Part shown: positions 56,136 through 64,000 of the stretch, piece by piece | How the letters are laid out: the number at the start of each line of letters is the position of its first letter | Numbering within the stretch: position 1 is the first letter of the stretch | Origin: the human T2T-CHM13v2.0 reference genome, Homo sapiens | DNA: 64,000 nucleotides | Direction: 5' to 3' (one strand) | NCBI RefSeq assembly: GCF_009914755.1 | Contig: NC_060930.1 | Notes under the pieces: model-generated | Seen by the model: only the letters and a program-made list of their open reading frames with translations | Database searches by the model: none | Told to the model about the DNA's origin: nothing | Program-made: the position numbers and the translations under genes

Positions 56136-57419
56136 ACTGTCTAATTTAAGCATAGATCTATGTATATTTAGCCAAAATTTTTTAGTGTCCGTACTATTCT
56201 TTGGTTATAAGGGGAACATTTGGTGATGTTACCTTAATTCTTTCAAATATGTGATTCTCAGAGCCTGAATGGAAAATAGGTGGGGTTTTTTTTCTTGTAT
56301 GCCAATGTTTATCTACTTGTATCGGCTGTCTAGAATGCTGTCTGGAGGCAGAATCTGAGGCTGAGGCTAGGTTCAGCAAAAAAGAATAGTAAGACAGATA
56401 AATCCTCTCTGCTGAAGACAAAAAGAATTGGTGAAGTATAACTCTTGAACTTTATGTTTGACATCTTTAACTTAGTAAAATTTTACCACCCAGGGTGCTA
56501 ACTACATACCTAGTTGAGTAATTCTCTTACTTGAATTATTATTGAGATTAAGTTCCAAGATCATCTTATTTTACTGAGTTGAAGGAAATACAGACATGAA
56601 ATTTAATTTCCAGGTTAGTCCAATTGCTTCTAAAGTCTAAATAAATTCAAAAATGTCTCTGAGGAAATCAGTGTGTAGACAATAGCTTGAACATAATATT
56701 ACTAAACCAAAGCTCAGGAGAACTGAATATAATCTCTAACCCTGGCTAGTTCTCAAACATCCTAACCTCATCCATGTTTGTTTACCAATCTGAAAAATAA
56801 AGATTATGCAACTTTAATCAGTAACTATTAAATGAAACTACAAAATACTTTAGAAGTTTTATTTCATTACATTTGTGTGAAAACAAATATTTATTTTCTT
56901 ATTATTGTTATTAATTTTGATGTGATGGAATAGTAAGTAGCAAAACATCAAAACCTGATAATTTAGATACAATTTCTAAAAATAAATGACTGCTTCGATT
57001 TAAAGCAGTAACACATGACAGTAAAGAAAGGACCCAGCCTTAGATATAGTTCCAGAAGAGAATCAAATGGTCTTATTTGGAATTAATATTACTTAACTCT
57101 TGGGAAGTGGAACTCAGTAATTCAGGTTTCATTATGTAAACATTTTTGGCATTTCATTTACTTTCTGAGTACAAACAGCTGGCCAAACAATAGAAGGACA
57201 AGATTATTTGCAAATTACTTTTTGGGTTAATTCTCCAAATGGCCCTAGGACAGAAACAAATGTTTAAATCTGTTGTGTACTACTTGGAATTAGTACTTAC
57301 CTTCTTGGTTAAAAATATAATAACAACTTTTAAAGGTAAAACCTGTTTGGAGCTCAGTATTATAATTTGTGACATAAAAAAACAATATTAAGAAAGTTAG
57401 CAAACACAAATAATACAGT

Positions 57420-58960
57420 CAGCCTTACTCCCAGGTTGTACTCTAGACACTCATTAACAATATCTGCACCCCTTCCTTAATCAGATTCACAAACTCCATT
57501 TCTGTCCATAATTCTCATGTTTCCAGGCTTTATTAGTACTCCAACTATACAAACCCATCCCTGTCATTTCCTCATTTCACTTATTTTCCAGTTAGATTCC
57601 ATGTTTCTTCATTAATATCACTCGCATATATTCTAAAGGCTTTTATTGTGCCAAGCTAAAGCTCAATTCTGGTTAAATCCAGTTTATCCCATGCATGCTT
57701 GTGCCATGTAGCCAAAGTATATCACATCACTCTGGCAATTTTCTTCTACTTTTCCCACAAACATAATTATTTCCTTTTAGCTACATTTTTAAATCCACAA
57801 ACAGATGATACTTGCACCATCTTAAAACACACACACACAAACACAAATAAATACTTATCCTACATCCTCATTTAATTACAGCCCTTAATATCTGCTCACT
57901 TTTATAGCAAAACTCCTTGAAATACTTATCAGTATTTGCCCCCTCCTCCTACTCCACCTTGAGTTTGTCTCAATCAGGCTTTCATCTTCATAATGTTACA
58001 AAAGATCTCCATGTTGTTGAATTCAATGGTCAATTATTGGTCTTCTTATTAATTTATTAGCAATAAATCATTTAATATTATTATTTTATATATATTATTT
58101 TAATTGTACATCCTATTTAATGGTACATCTGATATTTGGTTCAGCTGATGTCAGTGGTCATGCTTTTTGTCTCCTTTGCTGGTCCTCCTTACCTCTCTAA
58201 CATCTAAACATTGGAGCAGCCATGATCTCAGACCTTTTACTTTCTTCCTCTTTATACTGTCTAGGTAATCTCAGCTAACCTTGTATTTTTAAATTCTATC
58301 TATAAATTATTTCCAAATTTATAGCTCCATTAGATACCTCTACCTTGAACCCTAGACTTGTAATTCCAATTATCTACTTGACATATCTACTTGCATATCT
58401 CACAGGCATCCCAAATTTAACAAATCTCCCAAACTGAACTTCCAATGTTTCCCCCAAAATCTACTTCTCCTAACAGAATGTTATGAGAATGTCTATATCT
58501 CAGTGAGAGCAACTCTGACCATCTAGTTGATCAGGACAAAAAACCAGAATCATATTTGATGCATATTTTTCTCTCATAGCCCAAGTCAATGTCAGCTAAC
58601 TCTACTAGGTTTATATTCACAACATTCCCTTAATCTATACACTTCTCACTACCTCCATTTAGGCCATGGTCAAAGGCGTAAACATCTCTGGTCTAAACTA
58701 GTGCAAAGTCCTTCTATTTGGTTTCTCTGCCCTCTGCTACTACTGCCCTTGCTCAGTCTACCCCAGCCACATTAGCTTATTTGATGACTTTGGAACAGGA
58801 TGGACATGCTCATGCTCAGCACCTTTGCCCTTTCTGTTCCCTCTGCCCAGATTATTCCTCCCCCAGACATCCACATGCCTCATTGCATCTACTTCTTCAG
58901 ATATTTCTTCAAATAACCCTTCTTAGTAAGTCTTTCCTTACTTAATATTACATCTAACCC
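57420..58960 (+). mobile_element. L2 (L2a-like) fragments
   Basis: CTCCATGTTGTTGAATTCAATGGTCAAT; CTACTTGACATATCTACTTG...CAGGCATCCCAAATTTAAC; CTGTTCCCTCTGCCCAGA. Confidence 0.75.
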
Positions 58961-58985
58961 TGCTACATATATTTAGTAGACATCA

Positions 58986-59024
<39 letters not shown>

Positions 59025-59621
59025 TTGTGATATATGAATGACTTTATTCCACATGGTATGTCAGAAGCAAGCAATGTTTTTCCAAGCATGATACATTAAT
59101 CACCCAAAGCAGCAGCCAATAATATGTTCAATCACATTCCTTTGGAATCTTTTAACTTAGTTGTTGATTTGACCACCTAACCACAGAAACAAAATTTTCT
59201 ATTTTGTAAATAACAATTAATGAATAAACTAATATATGATTAATAGAGATATTGCATTAGGTTTAGAAGAATAACATAATAGGCCTGAAATGATCATAAA
59301 ATCTAAATTTTGTTAATTTCCTTAAGGTTTTAATCACAGTCTAATTCACACTGCTAATCTTAAAATGAATATAATCTTCAAGATAAAAACAATATCATAT
59401 AAGGTTTTCTTCTAAAATTTCTTATAGTAGTGCATGATTTGGAGAAAATTAAATGAAAATTGCACCAAATCAAGAACTTCAGTAGCAGCAGCACTACTTT
59501 TCAAAATGTTACCAATGATTTATATAAAACAAACAAAATCATTAAATGTAAGAAAAAATGCAAGAATTGACATCACTAAAGGTGTTAAGGCCATATTAGC
59601 CAAGCAAATCAGTGGTCTAAA

Positions 59622-59785
59622 TTAGTGCTCTCAAACTTTATCATGCATTACAGTTACCTGGACAGCTGGCTAAAGTGCATATGGCTGGACCTCATCTCCA
59701 CATTTCTGATTTAGTAAATCAGGGGTAAAGCTTGCATTCCAGGCGATGTTAGTTCAGAAACCACAATATGAAAACTACAGCTTTA
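59622..59785. mobile_element. MER5A-type relic
   Basis: TAGTGCTCTCAAACTTTA...GCATTACAGTTACCTGG...TTTCTGATTTAGTAAATC...TGAAAACTACAG. Confidence 0.65.
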
Positions 59786-59786
59786 G

Positions 59787-60082
<296 letters not shown>

Positions 60083-60087
60083 TTACG

Positions 60088-60132
60088 GAATCACTGAGCA
60101 TAGGATATGCTAGAAGAACATCTATAGATTTA
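60088..60132 (+). repeat. 45-bp exact direct repeat, copy 1
   Basis: GAATCACTGAGCATAGGATATGCTAGAAGAACATCTATAGATTTA, identical to 61494-61538. Confidence 0.95.
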
Positions 60133-60137
60133 CATGC

Positions 60138-60178
<41 letters not shown>

Positions 60179-61493
60179 TATATATATAAACTATCATGCA
60201 GATTTAATGAAAGGTAACTTTTTTTTCCAGAAATAACTCCCCCTGGTTTCACATACTTAAGAGAAAGAAGATGGCATTCTTTCTTTGTTGATTGGTTGAT
60301 GTCAGAATTTCCTTTCCGCCTGTGTGGAATTCAGGCCACCCTTCACACCAACACCACCAAACAAAGCAATTTCACATGCCTTTAATAACATTCTAATTTT
60401 TTTGGATTATGCAGCTACAGGTATAATTTGCCGCCTTATATATATGACTCCCTATTGTGTTACTTCTAAAAATGGAAGTCTGGAATAAAAAAACTGAAGC
60501 GTTAGAGTATCATAGAGAATTATATAAAAATCAAAGCAAGAATACTTCAGAGAGTCTGATTGTGTGGAGTTATTCTTGATTTACTAACTAGATGTGCAGC
60601 TGGATCTCTTAAAATCCAATTGCCAACATAAAAAGAAAATCCTTAGTTTCTCCCTCATAGCCTGTACTTTCTATTGACTTTTTGGTATTAAAATATGTCT
60701 TCTGCCTTAATCTAGGCCATTTTACAACCACCATCTTTTCTCTTCATACTCTTTTCAAGATTAAAGGGACAATGGACAGAGATAGAAAAATGAGACGGTG
60801 TGTGCTTCTGACTGGAAAGTAGTGTGTCTGATTCACTGTAAAGAATAGCTTGATTGAGAAAAATGAGACTCTGGCACATACAAGGTTTATCTCTTCCTTT
60901 TATTTACAAGTCTTGATAAGCAGGCAACTGAAAAGACAGTTCCTAAAATGAGCACAGGACATCACAGATAGCTATCATGACTAAGTGTACTCACGAAGTA
61001 ACATTTGTTTCCACCGTTGCCCTTAAAATCCTCTTTAATCTACCTCCTTCTCAGTGCTTTCATTCTCACTGTAATGGATTCTTATTCAAAATACTGATAT
61101 CACTCTCATCCGTAAATTTCACACCCCAACACTCCATACACAAACATACAATTATTAAGATTTTCCAAAGCATGTAGTGCCTTTTCATTGAAAATTTTGA
61201 CCCCAAATAGGAGTGCTAAAGTGACTGCTCTCACAGCCCTTGAAACATAATGGCACACGGTTATGAAGATGAAAGCCTCCTTCATCTGGGCTCACAAAAT
61301 TGTAATGGATATCTGTCTCCTGTAGGGGTTTAATTTCTGAATTTAACTCTTCATCTATTATTTAATATTGATGTCTTACAGCATTGTTATATAGTGATTG
61401 AAGTAGAATTGGAGAAAATAAAAGATCAAAAACGGAATTTGCCTGTGTATAAATAAAGGATTGAATGAGTTTACAGATTATTCTGATCACACA

Positions 61494-61538
61494 GAATCAC
61501 TGAGCATAGGATATGCTAGAAGAACATCTATAGATTTA
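61494..61538 (+). repeat. 45-bp exact direct repeat, copy 2
   Basis: Identical to 60088-60132. Confidence 0.95.
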
Positions 61539-62325
61539 AAAAACGTAAACACCTCTATGACGTATTCATAAAAGAAAGGGTATCCTACATGATAAAAATT
61601 AGTTATTGATTTAACAACCCTGCCAATATAATGATGATTTTGGCACACTTTACATTTCTCTATGGCATGACATTGAAAATAAAATCTAAGGACCTAATTG
61701 GAGCATATTAACGTGTGGAAGTTAATGAAAACTTGATACTGAAATTGAGAATAAAATTTTTTCTTTGATTTATATGGAAAGAAAAAAGTGCTTAATCATT
61801 GTTTAGTATCTAATGGGCTTCACCATTCCTCAAGAATAGTCAAAAATCAATCAATGAACCTTGTGATAAATATGAATGATAAAATACCAGATGGTTTAAA
61901 ATAAGTGAAAGTAGACTAAGATTTTAATAACTCTTGAATATATCTTAAAATAGAATTCCAGAACATGAAAAACTCCCTTTTCAAAGAAAATAAAATGGAT
62001 GAATAGTTTACTTCCACTGATTTTCCATTAATACTAGAAACTGAAGTCTCTGCTATGATTCCACAAAGAGCACTAATCGTACTTGTCAGATCCAAATTTG
62101 GCTGGTTATGTCCAAAGCAGTGGACAATAATTAGGAAAATGATTTTAGGGTACCCATTTATCCCTTTGTATTTATTTATCTATTTGATATTCTACCTAAT
62201 TTTTAAGTGATTGAGGATGCTTATATAAAGACAATTACATTGTAACAAGATAAAAAATGAACAAGGAAATAAGAGCAAGGAAAAATAAAAATTGTACGAT
62301 GACATGCAGTAGGGTTAGATACATA

Positions 62326-63063
62326 TGAAACGGGAGAGTTCCCTTATCCCCGTCACAGGACAGGAGGTGCGACAGGGCTGTGGCTCACTTGTTTTGTCGC
62401 CCCACTGCTCAAACCCCAAGGGGAAGCATGCAGACGAAAAGGTGCAGAGGCCAGGGCAAGTGCTTTGGGTTCTGGCCTCATGGTAATGTCTAGGGGTAGG
62501 TGCCTGCAACCCCAGTGTTACAAAACTCTTTCAGATCTTTCCACACTCACGGCATGAGTGTTAATTAACTCAATGGACCGTCTGCCTTATCGTAAGGGCA
62601 GAGGGCCAGTGTGATAGCTTTCTGTATCCCAAGCTCTTGCCCGGTGTACGGGAAGAATCGGATCATACGTGGGCTCGAAGGATGAGGCAAGGTTTTATTG
62701 AGGGGTGGAGGTGGCTCTCAGCGAGATGGATGGGGAGCTGGAAGGAGGAAACGGAGTGGGAAGGTGATCTTCCCCTGGAGTCCGACCGTTCTCTGCCGAC
62801 ATTTAGAGGCCTCTTCCCTCTTTCTCTGCTTTCTGTTCCTCTGCTCCTCCGGATGTAGAGTTGCTTGCATGTTTGCCCGCTAAGGTCTCGGGTTTATATG
62901 GGGGCAGTATAGGGCACATGGTGTGCCAAAACGCACCTTTTTGGGCACGAAAACAGAAATGCCTGTCCTCAATTAGGGCCGCGGGTCTTCAGGCTTCAGT
63001 AGGGCCTTTGCCAGGGCAGTGCCCTCTTCTACCCAGTATTTCCTTGCTCCCCCTCCCATATCA
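62326..63063 (-). mobile_element. ERV1-class solo LTR, LTR1 family (738 bp)
   Basis: Minus strand TGATATGGGAG...GGAAATACTGGGTAGAAGAGGGC...CCCGTTTCA; TG...CA termini; 4-bp TSD CATA 62322-62325 / 63064-63067; locally GC- and CpG-rich. Confidence 0.85.
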
Positions 63064-64000
63064 CATAGATACAGATGATAATATAGATGATGGTAGATAT
63101 ATATAGTTATAGATATTGATTATAAATATCAAACTCTTACAGTTGCTAAAGATGGCCTACAAATTTGCCTGTAGGCTTAAATTTCTTCACAAAGGAAAAT
63201 TACATTTTCTGAAATCTTCAATTTTACAAAAACGATAATGATTAAACGTAAAAGTATTTAAACCATAATAATTTCTCATTTGTTTCTAATATTTCTCAGA
63301 TTTCTCTGTAGTTATCCCCTGAAAGTTCCTAGATTTTACATCTTCAGCTGAAAGATAGCAGTGGAAATTTAACTCCTCTTACCTGCCATCAACATTGATT
63401 TCCATGGTAAGTGTTATTTATGTTTGACATATATGTCAACTTTAATACATTCTTTTCTGTATTTTTCTCATATGCTCATCATGCATCCTCATTTCAGGTC
63501 GTTATTTTTACTTCTGAGAGGAAATCAAAAATTATACTAAATATATTTTTCATAGGAAAAAACCCTACCCATTTTGCATTATTAATAAGAACAGTAAGAG
63601 TAAGATTAAGCATTACTGCTAATGGGGTCAGGAGCCACTGGCTAAGCAGAATAGCACTACTACTTTTCTAGCTTTTATCTAAAGTACAAGCTGAATGCCT
63701 TTATCCACCCATTTAATCTCTTAAACTTTGAAATCTAATTCCTTCTTTTAAATCCTCTTTTCTTGTTTTGTTTGGTCTCCTAACCCTTGAAGTTCTCTTA
63801 GATAAGCCGTAAGTTCAGTTGAAATAATCCCTATTGATTCTTGTGTTTCTCAGAAAGCTTGTGAGCAGGAAAACAAACTCAGATCAAAAGCTGAAATAAA
63901 TGTCACTGAGCTAACAAAAACAATAAATGCATTTAATATTTAAGCTAACAGTAGATATTTGTAGCCGAAAGCATATCTTCAATAACAAATACCCAGTAGC

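Noticed and set aside
60088-61538. 45-bp repeats as the TSD or LTRs of a 1.36-kb novel element
   Set aside because: The interior has no poly-A end, TIRs, TG..CA termini or coding capacity that I can see; a templated insertion fits better, though orthologue comparison is needed.

Overview
Gene-poor, AT-rich primate genomic DNA, almost certainly human because it contains an Alu with AluYa5 diagnostic bases. Most of what I can identify is interspersed repeat: L1 of several ages, nine Alus, MaLR/MLT/MST LTRs, L2, MIR, L3 and hAT DNA-transposon relics. No cellular protein-coding gene, RNA gene or CRISPR array is supported, and nearly all ORF-track entries are repeat-derived or chance ORFs. The centrepiece is a two-LTR HERV-H provirus (34260-40294, + strand) with LTR7 termini, a tRNA-His PBS, degenerate gag/pro/pol and deleted env. 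Both LTRs carry the AAAAGAAG/SOX-motif block linked to pluripotency-active LTR7up elements. A co-oriented HERV-K(HML-2) solo LTR5B-like element follows 578 bp downstream. Structural oddities seen directly in the sequence: a perfect 45-bp non-tandem direct repeat starting at an Alu tail, a cluster of adjacent palindromes near 49 kb, a young truncated AluYa5, an Alu with a ~31-33 bp TSD, an Alu with a duplicated B-box, and a 5'-inverted (twin-primed) L1. I cannot demonstrate a new biological system. The HERV-H/LTR5 cassette and the 45-bp templated copy are the best leads. Subfamily calls come from recalled consensus sequences, not a database search, and old-repeat boundaries are approximate.
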